Positions 46,782-56,702 of a DNA stretch of 64,000 nucleotides are shown here, piece after piece. The notes under the pieces are model-generated. The model saw nothing but the letters and a program-made list of their open reading frames with translations, was not told the DNA's origin and ran no database searches. Origin of the DNA: a virus; IMG/VR virus record IMGVR_UViG_3300042894_002769, positions 15,226 to 79,225 of that record. One strand, given 5' to 3'. Numbering within the stretch: position 1 is the stretch's first letter; the number at the start of each line of letters is the position of its first letter. Position numbers and translations under genes: made by a program.

Positions 46782-47639
46782 ATGAGCAAATCATCAGTAC
46801 AAATGGTTAAGCACAGTGTCGCAGCTGATACAAAAATTGAAATTGCGACGTTAGTTATTCGCATGCCACGTTTAATTTTGGCTCAATTCAACACGCATCG
46901 TATGTTTAGTCGCAGTGCGCAATCGTCACGCGCTATCCCAGTAAAAAAATTATTAGCTGACGTGTATGCAAATCCTTATGTGCCTGAGTTTAGAGAAAAT
47001 GAAAAAGGCATGCAATCGAGTATTCTGATTAGAGGTTTTCGTAGAGCGCTAGCTAAGTTTTTGTGGCTTTCAGCTAAAAATTTTGCAGTATCTATTGCAT
47101 GGTTACTGTCAAAACTAAATGTGGCTAAGGAAATTGCAAATCGTGTATTAGAACCATTTTCGTATGTCACAGTTGTTGTAACATCGACAGAATGGGATAA
47201 CTTTTTTGAATTACGGGCGCATCCCGATGCACAGGCAGATATTGACCAAGTTGCTGTGATGATTAGAAATGCGATTAACGATTCAAAACCACAAGTTTTG
47301 GCTATTGATGAGTGGCATTTACCATTCATAAGCGACTTTGAAGTTATAGAAGCGGTATCTTTAAAAGACTTGTTAAAAATGTCAACAGCACGTTGCGCAA
47401 GAGTATCGTATTTGACGCACGATAGAGAGCGCCCAACGCGCGAAGAAGATTTCGCATTGTACGCACGATTGATTGAAAGTACACCAATGCACGCATCGCC
47501 ATGTGAACATCAGGCAACACCACTTGGGGATTTTGAGCCATTTGGTATAACGCATATTGAACACAGTAATAATCAACCTTGGTCGGGTAACTTTAGAGGT
47601 TGGATTCAACATCGACAGTTAATTCAACAATCACAGTAG
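46782..47639 (+). CDS. thyX: FAD-dependent thymidylate synthase
   Basis: PR.ILAQFNTHRMFSRSAQSSRAIP; NFF.LR; ARCARVSY; HASP.EH. Confidence 0.88.
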   Translation: MSKSSVQMVKHSVAADTKIEIATLVIRMPRLILAQFNTHRMFSRSAQSSRAIPVKKLLADVYANPYVPEFRENEKGMQSSILIRGFRRALAKFLWLSAKNFAVSIAWLLSKLNVAKEIANRVLEPFSYVTVVVTSTEWDNFFELRAHPDAQADIDQVAVMIRNAINDSKPQVLAIDEWHLPFISDFEVIEAVSLKDLLKMSTARCARVSYLTHDRERPTREEDFALYARLIESTPMHASPCEHQATPLGDFEPFGITHIEHSNNQPWSGNFRGWIQHRQLIQQSQ

Positions 47640-47647
47640 GCTACGTG

Positions 47648-47803
47648 ATGGCTGATATTCCTGAAAGAAATAAATGTCCAAAATGCGGTAATGGGATGGC
47701 AATTTACATGAGTCGCAATGAAAAAGTTTGTCATGATTGTAAAGTAGTTATCCCTTGGCATCTTGAGCCTAAACAAAAACCCCTTATTCAACATACGAGA
47801 TAA
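47648..47803 (+). CDS. Small zinc-finger protein
   Basis: CPKCG...CHDC. Confidence 0.55.
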   Translation: MADIPERNKCPKCGNGMAIYMSRNEKVCHDCKVVIPWHLEPKQKPLIQHTR

Positions 47804-47807
47804 AGAC

Positions 47808-48029
47808 ATGGGTATCATCGTACCGTTAAAACCAGTTGAAATTGAAACACCTCCAAATCAAGTCTTAGAAGAAGCAGTTGATAATTACGAAGCATTGCTT
47901 TTATTGGGGTACAACGTGCATGGTCAAATTGATATTAGAGCATCGAGTAATTTGAACCATGCTGAAATACTTTGGCTAATTGAAATATTTAAAAGAAAAC
48001 TATTAGATGGTGATTACAGTGACGCATAA
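47808..48029 (+). CDS. Hypothetical protein
   Basis: PP..VLE.A...LLLGY...G...R.S...AEILWL.E.FK. Confidence 0.6.
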   Translation: MGIIVPLKPVEIETPPNQVLEEAVDNYEALLLLGYNVHGQIDIRASSNLNHAEILWLIEIFKRKLLDGDYSDA

Positions 48030-48633
48030 AATTGAAAGTAAAATTGTTGGGTACAAAGTTGTTGATAAATCTGTGGAAGAAGTTAAACCTGCTGTAATAT
48101 CACAAGTTATGCACGAATCATTAAAAAGACCTGATTCATTGGTTGGTACAACGTACAAAATAAAAACACCGCAATCAGAACATGCGCTGTATATCACTAT
48201 TAACGATATGATTTTGGACGGTGTTTACCATCCGTATGAAATGTTTATCAATAGTAAAAATATGGAGCATTTCCAATGGGTACTCGCTCTCACAAGGTTG
48301 GTTTCAGCTGTATGGCGCAAAGGCGGGGATAGTGTGTTCTTAGTTGAAGAATTAAAAAACGTATTCGACCCGAAAGGCGGATATTACAAACGTGGTGGTG
48401 TTTATATGCCGTCGCTAGTAGCCGAAATTGGTAGCATTGTCGAACAGCATTTAAAAGCTATAGGCATGATTAAAGTGGTTATTGACGAGCATCAAAAAGC
48501 ATTTTTAGATGCCAAAAAAGAAGAATCACAAGGAATTGAGTTGCAGTTATGTTCAAAGTGTAACGTGAAGGCAATGATTTTGATGGACGGTTGCATGACT
48601 TGTACCAATTGCGGTGATTCAAAATGCGGGTAA
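48007..48633 (+). CDS. NrdJb-like TSCPD-domain protein (class II RNR C-terminal subunit)
   Basis: RP..L.G.TYKIKTP.SEHALYITIND...SKNMEHFQW..ALTR..SAV.RKGGD...C.KC...DGC.TC.NCGDSKCG. Confidence 0.85.
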   Translation: MVITVTHKIESKIVGYKVVDKSVEEVKPAVISQVMHESLKRPDSLVGTTYKIKTPQSEHALYITINDMILDGVYHPYEMFINSKNMEHFQWVLALTRLVSAVWRKGGDSVFLVEELKNVFDPKGGYYKRGGVYMPSLVAEIGSIVEQHLKAIGMIKVVIDEHQKAFLDAKKEESQGIELQLCSKCNVKAMILMDGCMTCTNCGDSKCG

Positions 48634-49349
48634 ATTTACATCACGGTGATTGTATCGAATTTATGAAAACTCTACCCAATAATTCAGTTGATATGGTGTT
48701 AACTGACCCTCCTTATGGTACGACTGCGTGTAAATGGGATAGCGTGATACCTTTTGAGCCTATGTGGGCAGAATTAGAACGAGTCATTAAAGATAATGGT
48801 GCGATTGTATTGTTTAGTTCACAACCGTTCACGAGTGCGCTAATAATGTCAAATGTAAAAATGTTTAGATATGAATGGGTGTGGGTTAAATCTAAAATAA
48901 CAAATGTTTTAAATGCTAAGGTTATGCCTGTTAGAAAACATGAATTACTGTTGGTATTTTCTTTTAAAAAATTACCTAATTATTATCCTCAAGGATTAAT
49001 AAAAGTTGATGAAATTGTAAAACAAGGCGGAGATTCAAAATGCTACGGTTCGCGTAATAAAATGCCATATTTAAAAGAAAACGCAAATTGCCCAAGAGAT
49101 GTGCTAGAGATACCGAGTGCAGGTAAAACAGTTCACCCAACCCAAAAACCCGTAGCACTTTTAGAGTATCTAATTAAAACTTATACAAATGAAGGTGAAA
49201 CAGTTTTAGATTTTACAATGGGCAGCGGCTCAACAGGCGTAGCTTGCGTTAATACAGGGCGCAATTTTATTGGTTGTGAGTTAGACAAAGGTTATTTTGA
49301 TATTGCTGAAAAGCGGATAAGTGAAGCTCAAAATAGAGGTGAATTATGA
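48624..49349 (+). CDS. N4/N6 DNA methyltransferase (beta class)
   Basis: DPPY; HPTQKPV.L; LDFTMGSGSTG. Confidence 0.92.
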   Translation: MRVNLHHGDCIEFMKTLPNNSVDMVLTDPPYGTTACKWDSVIPFEPMWAELERVIKDNGAIVLFSSQPFTSALIMSNVKMFRYEWVWVKSKITNVLNAKVMPVRKHELLLVFSFKKLPNYYPQGLIKVDEIVKQGGDSKCYGSRNKMPYLKENANCPRDVLEIPSAGKTVHPTQKPVALLEYLIKTYTNEGETVLDFTMGSGSTGVACVNTGRNFIGCELDKGYFDIAEKRISEAQNRGEL

Positions 49350-49531
49350 CTAAAGAAACCATTTACATCGATGCTGTGAGCAAATTAAATCAGCAGGATG
49401 CGTTAATTAACGAACTTGCCACTGCATTAAGTGGTATTTCTAATGCGTATCACAATAATGACTATGAGCTATGTTATTCGAGAATTGAAGCAGCTGATAT
49501 TATTTTAAAAAAGTGTGAGGAAGAAGAATGA
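49346..49531 (+). CDS. Hypothetical protein
   Basis: Coupled ORF with GAGG RBS. Confidence 0.55.
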   Translation: MTKETIYIDAVSKLNQQDALINELATALSGISNAYHNNDYELCYSRIEAADIILKKCEEEE

Positions 49532-49713
49532 GCAAAAAATGGGAAATGCCAATTGCTGAAAAACTACTATTGTTAGTCATGTTCACATCTGTAATAAGCG
49601 TTGGTAGTGCTTTAGTAGTGTGGTTTGCAGGATTATTCAAATGCGGATAAATTTTGAAAAGTCACAAAATTACGCAAGACAACTACAAGGTCTTGTGGCA
49701 ATGGTAAACTGCG

Positions 49714-50127
49714 GTGAATTACATTTATTGTCGGAGTCTTACAGTGGTAGAAGAAAACAAATCAGAGAAATTAAAAAATCAAAGCGCAAAACCGACATAT
49801 TATTATCGGTATGATGGTGTTCATATCGGCAATAACTGCTCAATATATTTATCGTCGTTTGAAGTTGTAGGCACAACACCAAAAGGTGTTCGCATCGACA
49901 CGTTTAATAATAGTAAAAAACTTATTCTTAACGATTGGGTAAAAAAGTATGCGTATCCAACAAAAGAAGAAGCTCTATCGGCATTCATCAAGCGCAAGAA
50001 ACGAGAAATTGCTATTCTTGAAAGTCGATTACGTTTTGCAAAAAATTATTTAAAAATTGCAACCAGTGATGATATTGAAGGCTATGTGACTGACGGTACT
50101 ATCACTTTGGAATTAGGTGGGTGGTGA
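49714..50127 (+). CDS. Hypothetical conserved phage protein (start uncertain)
   Basis: YYRYD...V...TPKG..I...KKYAYPTKEEAL..FI.RK. Confidence 0.65.
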   Translation: MNYIYCRSLTVVEENKSEKLKNQSAKPTYYYRYDGVHIGNNCSIYLSSFEVVGTTPKGVRIDTFNNSKKLILNDWVKKYAYPTKEEALSAFIKRKKREIAILESRLRFAKNYLKIATSDDIEGYVTDGTITLELGGW

Positions 50128-50132
50128 TAGAA

Positions 50133-50294
50133 ATGCGAAAAGGCACACCTGAGCAAATAAGCGCAAGAGATGTTGAGCTTCGAGAAAGACAGGATGCTCG
50201 GACATATAACAAAGCCTACAGGGAAGCGAATAAGGAACGCTTGCGAGAATACGAAAAACAGCGTTACCAAAAATCAAAATCTGTGGTAAATTAA
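50133..50294 (+). CDS. 53-aa basic helical protein
   Basis: Manual translation ...YNKAYREANKERLREYEKQRYQK. Confidence 0.45.
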   Translation: MRKGTPEQISARDVELRERQDARTYNKAYREANKERLREYEKQRYQKSKSVVN

Positions 50295-50322
50295 CTGTCA
50301 AAATAATTCAAAAGGAACACTT

Positions 50323-50691
50323 GTGGCAAAATTAAAAATACCTGTATTGTCAGAACACGAAGAACAAGTTATCTTTGTGACATACTGTAGAAATCATAAA
50401 AATTCTGTAGTGCATGACATATTTGCAATACCAAATGGCGGTAAACGAAGTTTAATTACTGCCATAAAATTGAAAAATGAAGGTGTTACGGCAGGTGTTC
50501 CTGATTTATTCTTACCGTATCCGTCAAATGGTTATCACGGATTATTTATTGAGCTAAAAAAATCAAAAGGCGGTACGGTAAGTTCTGAGCAAAAAATAGC
50601 CATCGAAAGATTGAACAAAAATGGCTATAAAGCAGTTGTTTGCAAAGGTGCGCAAGAAGCAATAGCTGTGGTCGAAGCGTATATCAACTAA
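50323..50691 (+). CDS. VRR-NUC nuclease (Holliday junction resolvase-like)
   Basis: EH.EQ...FAIPNGG.R...EGV.AGVPDL...FIELK...S.EQ. Confidence 0.9.
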   Translation: MAKLKIPVLSEHEEQVIFVTYCRNHKNSVVHDIFAIPNGGKRSLITAIKLKNEGVTAGVPDLFLPYPSNGYHGLFIELKKSKGGTVSSEQKIAIERLNKNGYKAVVCKGAQEAIAVVEAYIN

Positions 50692-50712
50692 TTCATACTT
50701 AACGGGCAAATT

Positions 50713-50901
50713 ATGAAAGCAAAATTAATTTATGTGATTATCTACACAATGACAGGTAATCCAGTTTTAACCAAAGAATATCCAACACTGCCATATTGCA
50801 TTATCGGTTTGAAGCAAGATGTGAGATTCAATGTCGCATCAGCTGCTTTATTGACATCTTTGCCGCCAATATCGTGTATAAAAAAGAATGCCAAAACTTA
50901 G
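50713..50901 (+). CDS. Hypothetical protein
   Basis: ORF. Confidence 0.45.
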   Translation: MKAKLIYVIIYTMTGNPVLTKEYPTLPYCIIGLKQDVRFNVASAALLTSLPPISCIKKNAKT

Positions 50902-51079
50902 CTGGTCAGATTTAACGCTACCCCCAATTAATCTATGGAACGCGCCCAATCATGAAAATAACGAAACAATGCACGAACACTTCTTGCCCAAGCAAGAAGA
51001 TTTGTCGATTATTTCTGAAAGAATCAGTAAAAGGAATCAGGCGTTACACTTTCAATACTCACAACGGAGAAAAATGTGA
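50888..51079 (+). CDS. Hypothetical protein
   Basis: ORF; LTLPPINLW. Confidence 0.45.
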   Translation: MPKLSWSDLTLPPINLWNAPNHENNETMHEHFLPKQEDLSIISERISKRNQALHFQYSQRRKM

Positions 51080-51238
51080 CAGTTTTGAAAAAGAATATTT
51101 GGCAAAAAATTAAATTATTGTTTTTGCCACATCAATGCAGTAAATACGAAGTCTTCCCTGCAACTGGAACATTAAAATGTTCTGAGTGCAATAACGTCGA
51201 ATTATCGACACCTACACCACTGAAAAAGTGAGATTATT

Positions 51239-51913
51239 ATGAGTTTAGAAAAAGTTGAAATTATTATTTTAGATGAACGTGCTGAAATTCCAAAAAGAGC
51301 AACTGATGGAAGTGCTGGTTATGATGTGAAAGCTATCATGGATGAGTCTATCACATTGCTTTGTGGTGAAAGAAAGTTGATTCCAACAGGCTTGTCAATT
51401 TGTATTAACAATCCCGATTACGCATTATTTCTATTACCACGCTCAGGTCTTGGTCACAAAAATGGTATTGTTTTAGGCAATCTTGTCGGTTTAATTGACA
51501 GTGATTACCAAGGTCAATTGATGGTATCTTTGTGGAATAGTGGTTTAGAACCGTTTACGATTAAACATGGTGATGCAATTGCACAAATGGTATTCAAAAA
51601 AGTAGAGCATCCTGAGTTTGAACAAGTTACCGAGTTTTCCTTGGCAACTGAAAGAGGCTCTGGCGGGTTTGGCTCAACAACAAAATCAACTATTCAATTA
51701 GAAATACCTTTAGATGAGCAATTGGAAGTTGAAATTGGAAAACTTTACACTAATGGTAAAAACGAAAGAGTGCTTATTGTTGGTAAATCACGAGCTTTAG
51801 ATTATCCTTATATGGGTGATAACGGTAGTGCTTACTCAACTACTGGACAACACATTGAAATGAAAGACCCTTCTTTTAATTTAGTTGATGAGTTTTTAGC
51901 ATTTGGACATTAA
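51239..51913 (+). CDS. dut: Trimeric dUTPase with ~75-aa C-terminal extension
   Basis: [28 protein letters not shown]. Confidence 0.93.
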   Translation: MSLEKVEIIILDERAEIPKRATDGSAGYDVKAIMDESITLLCGERKLIPTGLSICINNPDYALFLLPRSGLGHKNGIVLGNLVGLIDSDYQGQLMVSLWNSGLEPFTIKHGDAIAQMVFKKVEHPEFEQVTEFSLATERGSGGFGSTTKSTIQLEIPLDEQLEVEIGKLYTNGKNERVLIVGKSRALDYPYMGDNGSAYSTTGQHIEMKDPSFNLVDEFLAFGH

Positions 51914-51914
51914 T

Positions 51915-52079
51915 ATGGGCGAAGCAAAAAAACGTGGTACATTTGAGCAAAGAAAAAAGCAAGCACAGGAAGTAAAATCTAAACCAGTTTACAAAAACAT
52001 ACGACCATTTAGAGGTAGAAAAGCTGCGCTAGTTAGTAGCATTTTATTTTCAATGGGTGCTTATTTTTGGGGTGGATGA
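51915..52079 (+). CDS. 54-aa MGEAK.RG-type small phage protein
   Basis: Manual translation MGEAKKRGTFEQRK... Confidence 0.55.
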   Translation: MGEAKKRGTFEQRKKQAQEVKSKPVYKNIRPFRGRKAALVSSILFSMGAYFWGG

Positions 52080-52146
52080 TGTTGTTAAATATGCTTTTTC
52101 AATAAATGTTTGCTATTATGGGGGTAATTAAAACCCCCATTTTTAT

Positions 52147-52662
52147 GTGAGCAATATCATGAAAACAAACGATGACGGCATTGAGTTAATCAAACATTTT
52201 GAGTCATTACACGATGGTGATTTGACTCTCATTGGCATTCAGCCTAAAAAAGACCCGATTGGAATTTGGACAATTGCTTATGGTCACGCACTGATTGACC
52301 CTGTGACTAAAAGATTTTTAAAAGGCGATGCTGATAAAGCAGCTGCGTATAAGGTAATGACTGACTTGACGTTACAACAAGCTGAGGATTTATTGCAATC
52401 AGATTTAATTACCTTTGAGAAACATGTAGACAGTTATGTAAAAGTGCCGCTTACTGAAAATCAATTTTCAGCATTGGTTTCATTTACCTTTAATGTGGGT
52501 TCAGGTAATTTAAAAAGCAGTACCTTGCTAAGATTATTAAATACAGGTATGTACGATTTAGCTTCAAAAGAATTCATCAGATGGAACAAAGGTGAAGGTA
52601 AAGTCTTGCGCGGGTTGACACTACGCAGAGAAGCTGAAGCAAAACTATTTTTAACAGCATAA
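52147..52662 (+). CDS. Endolysin, GH24 lysozyme
   Basis: LIK.FE...D..GIWTI.YGH...QF.ALVSF.FNVG...W....G..L.GL..RR.AE..LF. Confidence 0.92.
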   Translation: MSNIMKTNDDGIELIKHFESLHDGDLTLIGIQPKKDPIGIWTIAYGHALIDPVTKRFLKGDADKAAAYKVMTDLTLQQAEDLLQSDLITFEKHVDSYVKVPLTENQFSALVSFTFNVGSGNLKSSTLLRLLNTGMYDLASKEFIRWNKGEGKVLRGLTLRREAEAKLFLTA

Positions 52663-52671
52663 AAAACTAAT

Positions 52672-53085
52672 ATGGCAGTTACTCAAAAAGGTGTTAACGT
52701 ATTAGCATCTATCGTCCCATATCACAGCTATATGTTTGACGAGTACATAGGATTTGGATATAAAGGGGAAACTCCCCGCGACCTCGTGACCCTCAATGAA
52801 TTAGCATCTGGTATAAGTGTTCACAAAGCTGAACAAATATTAAAACTACAGCTAAATCACATTGAAAATTCACTATCACAGCAAATGTCATTTTTCTCAT
52901 CACTCGACGATGTTACCAAATTCGCAGTAACTGCCATTGCGTTTACACATAGTATTAACTACGTCTTATCCAATAAAGTATTCTTAATGCACTTAGAAAA
53001 AGGTTGCCACAGTCAAGCGGCAAGCGCATTGCAGAATTGTCATATCAAATTAATTTTAATCCTAAAGACAGGGAAAATACGATGA
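52672..53085 (+). CDS. Degenerate lysozyme-fold protein
   Basis: IGFGY...GIS..KAE..L...F.SLDD...A; ends LKTGK like 56703-57182; no catalytic Glu seen. Confidence 0.45.
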   Translation: MAVTQKGVNVLASIVPYHSYMFDEYIGFGYKGETPRDLVTLNELASGISVHKAEQILKLQLNHIENSLSQQMSFFSSLDDVTKFAVTAIAFTHSINYVLSNKVFLMHLEKGCHSQAASALQNCHIKLILILKTGKIR

Positions 53086-53486
53086 CCGACGAGCGTAGAG
53101 TTGAAAAAATAGAAGACAATGTGGATAATGTCCGAAACGACCTTAGTGACATAAAGGAGTCGCTTAGACAGATAGAAAGGGAAGTTCGACAAGATTTGAC
53201 TAAAGTATCAATGCAGGTCAGCGATTTCACGAGGATGATGGAAGTGTTTGCAACCAGAGCCGAAGAACGTGACAAACGAAATTCAGAGATGTTTTTAGAA
53301 AATAAAAACGCATTTGAAAGAATTTCTAAAAAAATCGATGTTATTGAAGCTAAACAAGCAGATTTGGTTAAAGCTGAAGTTCAAACAACGATTAAAATAC
53401 AATTTCTTGAAAAAATTATCTACGGGTCAATTACAACATTAGTCGGTTTGATTGTGTTTGTAGTTGAGAATGCTATTTCAAAATAG
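53082..53486 (+). CDS. Coiled-coil protein with C-terminal TM segment (holin/XhlA-like)
   Basis: Architecture; lysis context. Confidence 0.55.
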   Translation: MTDERRVEKIEDNVDNVRNDLSDIKESLRQIEREVRQDLTKVSMQVSDFTRMMEVFATRAEERDKRNSEMFLENKNAFERISKKIDVIEAKQADLVKAEVQTTIKIQFLEKIIYGSITTLVGLIVFVVENAISK

Positions 53487-53530
53487 ATTATTGTACTCAC
53501 CTCCGTGATGCAATAGTCACGGAGGTTTAA

Positions 53531-54499
53531 ATGTTAAGTGCAGTCAATTTCTGCTTTAATGCTATCGATAAGAAAGCAATTCGCCCTGAACAGCAATGTT
53601 ATTTAATCAATAACGGCTTACTGTTTGCTTCAAATGAAAGAGTGACACTTTGTCACCATATCGGAATACCAATAGACTGTCAGCCAAATGCGGCTAAATT
53701 TACAGCCATTGTAAAAGCTGCGGCTAATGCAAATGACATCCCCGCATTCACAAAAACTGCTGGCGGAAAATTATCAGTTCGTGCTGGAAAATTAAAAAGT
53801 TTGATTGAGTGTGCCTTTGTCAATACTGAAATACCAAGACCAGAAGGTATTGATTATGAAATTGACGGTGAAGCATTTATCAAATGTCTTCGCACACTTG
53901 AACCGTTTATCGGTTTAAATAAAGCACATACTTGGACAAATGGGATATTGCTAACAGGTAACAATGCCTATGCCACAAATAATGTCACGATGGTTCGATA
54001 TTCGACAAATTTTGACATTAAGAAAAGAATTGTTCTGCCAATAGATTTTGTTAGGGGGTTGATTGCAGTTAAGATGATACCGATAAAGATACGGTATTGT
54101 GATAAATCGATTACCGTATTTTACGATGAACATGTTTGGGTCAAAGGGCGACTTCTCGAAGACGGATTTCCTAAAGCAAACATTGATAATTACTTTAAAA
54201 GTCAATCAGAATTACAAACTATCAATGCTGATTTTATTGAAGGTTTAATCAAAATAAAACCATTCATTGATGACAGCTTTAACTCAGTTACGTTTACCGC
54301 TACCGGAATGCAAACTTTTGATGGTAGTACGACCATCGACATCGAAAACATGTTTTGCACTTATGGTATGTACAATTATTTTGTACTACGCGATGTTCTA
54401 AATATTGCCATTCGAGCAGATTTCTCAGCCTATCCTAAACCAGTTGTCTTTGAAGGAGAGAATATTGTTGGTGCATTAGTGGGGATTAGACGCTCATGA
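53531..54499 (+). CDS. Phage sliding clamp (beta-clamp-like)
   Basis: 322 aa directly upstream of PolB; GILL....AYATNN; P..FEG...GALVG.R. Confidence 0.7.
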   Translation: MLSAVNFCFNAIDKKAIRPEQQCYLINNGLLFASNERVTLCHHIGIPIDCQPNAAKFTAIVKAAANANDIPAFTKTAGGKLSVRAGKLKSLIECAFVNTEIPRPEGIDYEIDGEAFIKCLRTLEPFIGLNKAHTWTNGILLTGNNAYATNNVTMVRYSTNFDIKKRIVLPIDFVRGLIAVKMIPIKIRYCDKSITVFYDEHVWVKGRLLEDGFPKANIDNYFKSQSELQTINADFIEGLIKIKPFIDDSFNSVTFTATGMQTFDGSTTIDIENMFCTYGMYNYFVLRDVLNIAIRADFSAYPKPVVFEGENIVGALVGIRRS

Positions 54500-56634
54500 T
54501 AATGAAGACAATAAGCGCATTTGATTTATCACAAATCAGCAAAATAAAGATTCGTGATATTTATGAAAAATTAGGCGTGTCTAATAGTTACGATGAAGAA
54601 TTGGCATTTGGTCTTGACCTTGATGAAGAAAGCGAAGAAAAGTTATCGATATTCTTTAAGAATCAGCCTGTGTTGACCGGAAAACAATCAAAAGATACCT
54701 TTGGCTTGTTTTATGAGTTAGAGCCTAAGACGGTCACAGTGAAGCCTGAAAAGATATGGCTACGACCTGATTATTTGCCCAATCTTCAAGAATGTTTAGA
54801 TTATAAATATGATTTGTTCACACGCGAAGAACTGATTGCTCGTAAAGAGCCATTGGTGTTCGACATCGAGGTTTATAACAACTGGGCATTAGTTGGGTTT
54901 ATGGGTGTCCATTCAGGTAAATTGGAGTTCTTTGAGATATTTGCAGATAAATCTAAAAATACTAATTTGAACATAGCCAAATTGGAATGGATGTTGCGAA
55001 ATTATCTAACGATTGGTTTTAACAGTATCAAGTTTGACTTGGCTATTGCTAAGTTACTATTGCATGGAAAAACGCCACATGAGTTGCAACGCGCCACAAC
55101 AATGATTATTGAACATGACATGCAATCATGGGATGTGTTAAAACTATTTAAAACTAAGCCATTTTTTAAAAATGAGTTAAACCATATCGATATTTGTGAG
55201 GTAGCAAAAGGCGTAGGAATTTCATTGAAAATGTATGGTGCGCGACTTGGTACATACAATTTGCAAGATTTACCATTTCCAGCTGGTATCGATTTGTCTT
55301 ATGAGCAGCAAGTCATCACAAAAAGATATAACGTAAATGACCTACAAATGACCCGTGAGCTATATTTGTTCCTAGATGCACCTCTTACTATTCGTGCTGA
55401 GATGGTTGACCGATATACGACTGATATGCGCTCAAAATCGGATGCTCAAGTTGCCGAAGCGGTAATCAAAGAGGAATATGAGCGTTATACAGGAATTGTA
55501 CCAGTTAAGCCTGAGATACTTGACTACGAGTCATTTAAATACCAAGCACCGCCATTCTTAGAATTCACAACTAAATTGATGCAAGACGTATTCGATGAGT
55601 TCAAGGCAATCAAAATTGAAGCATGGGATGGTGAAATTAAATGTCCTATTCTTGATAATTACACGGTCACGATAAACAAGACGGTTTATTCAATGGGTCT
55701 TGGTGGCTTACATTCATGTGAGAAATCAATATCACATTATACGGATGACGAGTATCAGCTAGAAGATATTGACGTTGAATCGTATTACCCAATGATTATG
55801 CTGATATGCAAATTATTTCCACCGCATTTGCGAGAAATATTTTTAACTGTGTTTCAAGAAATTCTTGATACGCGATTACATGCAAAGCATAACGGTCTTA
55901 AAATTTTAAATGAAATGTTAAAAATTGTACTCAATGGGACATTCGGTAAACTCAAAGATGTTCACAGCGTTTTATTTGCATGTCGATTGCTCACAGGTGT
56001 GACTATCACAGGTCAGTTGTCGTTATTGATGCTTATCGAAAGTTTTGAAAAAGATGGTATAGCAGTTGTATCTGCAAATACTGATGGTATTGTAATCAGA
56101 TATAAAAAAACTGAAGATGTTGCTGTTCGTACAAAGATTAAGGATTGGGAAGTGAAGACTGGTTTTAAGATGGAATCCAATCAATACAAATCAATTCATT
56201 CGCGTGATGTAAATAACTATTTTGCGATTAAAGATGGTAGCGTAAAGCGTAAAGGTGTCTATGCTGAAAAGCGTATTGATAAAAATCCACCGTTAGAAGC
56301 CTGCATTCAAGCAGTTGTGGCTTATTTGACTGAAAATCGAAATATCGAAGATGTGATATTTGAGCGAACTGACATCAAAGAATTCTTAGTTGTTCGCAAA
56401 GTATCAGGTGGCGCGTGTAAAGATGGTGAGTATTTGGGTAAGGTAGTACGGTTTTATCACAGCACCTCAACTAAAACATCATTGGTCTATGCCAATAGTG
56501 GTAACAAAGTGCCAGATTCGGATGCGTGCCGACCAATGATGCGCTTATCTGAAATCATACCTGAAGACTTAGATTATCAGTGGTATATCGACAAAGCCTA
56601 TGCGATATTGCAAGAAATCGGTGTGACCGTTTAG
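54496..56634 (+). CDS. Family B DNA polymerase
   Basis: ExoI FDIEVY, ExoII GFN..FD, motif A DVESYYP, motif B K...NG.FGK, motif C NTDG. Confidence 0.92.
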   Translation: MIMKTISAFDLSQISKIKIRDIYEKLGVSNSYDEELAFGLDLDEESEEKLSIFFKNQPVLTGKQSKDTFGLFYELEPKTVTVKPEKIWLRPDYLPNLQECLDYKYDLFTREELIARKEPLVFDIEVYNNWALVGFMGVHSGKLEFFEIFADKSKNTNLNIAKLEWMLRNYLTIGFNSIKFDLAIAKLLLHGKTPHELQRATTMIIEHDMQSWDVLKLFKTKPFFKNELNHIDICEVAKGVGISLKMYGARLGTYNLQDLPFPAGIDLSYEQQVITKRYNVNDLQMTRELYLFLDAPLTIRAEMVDRYTTDMRSKSDAQVAEAVIKEEYERYTGIVPVKPEILDYESFKYQAPPFLEFTTKLMQDVFDEFKAIKIEAWDGEIKCPILDNYTVTINKTVYSMGLGGLHSCEKSISHYTDDEYQLEDIDVESYYPMIMLICKLFPPHLREIFLTVFQEILDTRLHAKHNGLKILNEMLKIVLNGTFGKLKDVHSVLFACRLLTGVTITGQLSLLMLIESFEKDGIAVVSANTDGIVIRYKKTEDVAVRTKIKDWEVKTGFKMESNQYKSIHSRDVNNYFAIKDGSVKRKGVYAEKRIDKNPPLEACIQAVVAYLTENRNIEDVIFERTDIKEFLVVRKVSGGACKDGEYLGKVVRFYHSTSTKTSLVYANSGNKVPDSDACRPMMRLSEIIPEDLDYQWYIDKAYAILQEIGVTV

Positions 56635-56702
56635 CGTCTTACTTAATTTAAGAAAACTTTAAGAAATCTATAGTAAGCTATCGGTTCTTAAACAATAAAA
56701 CG

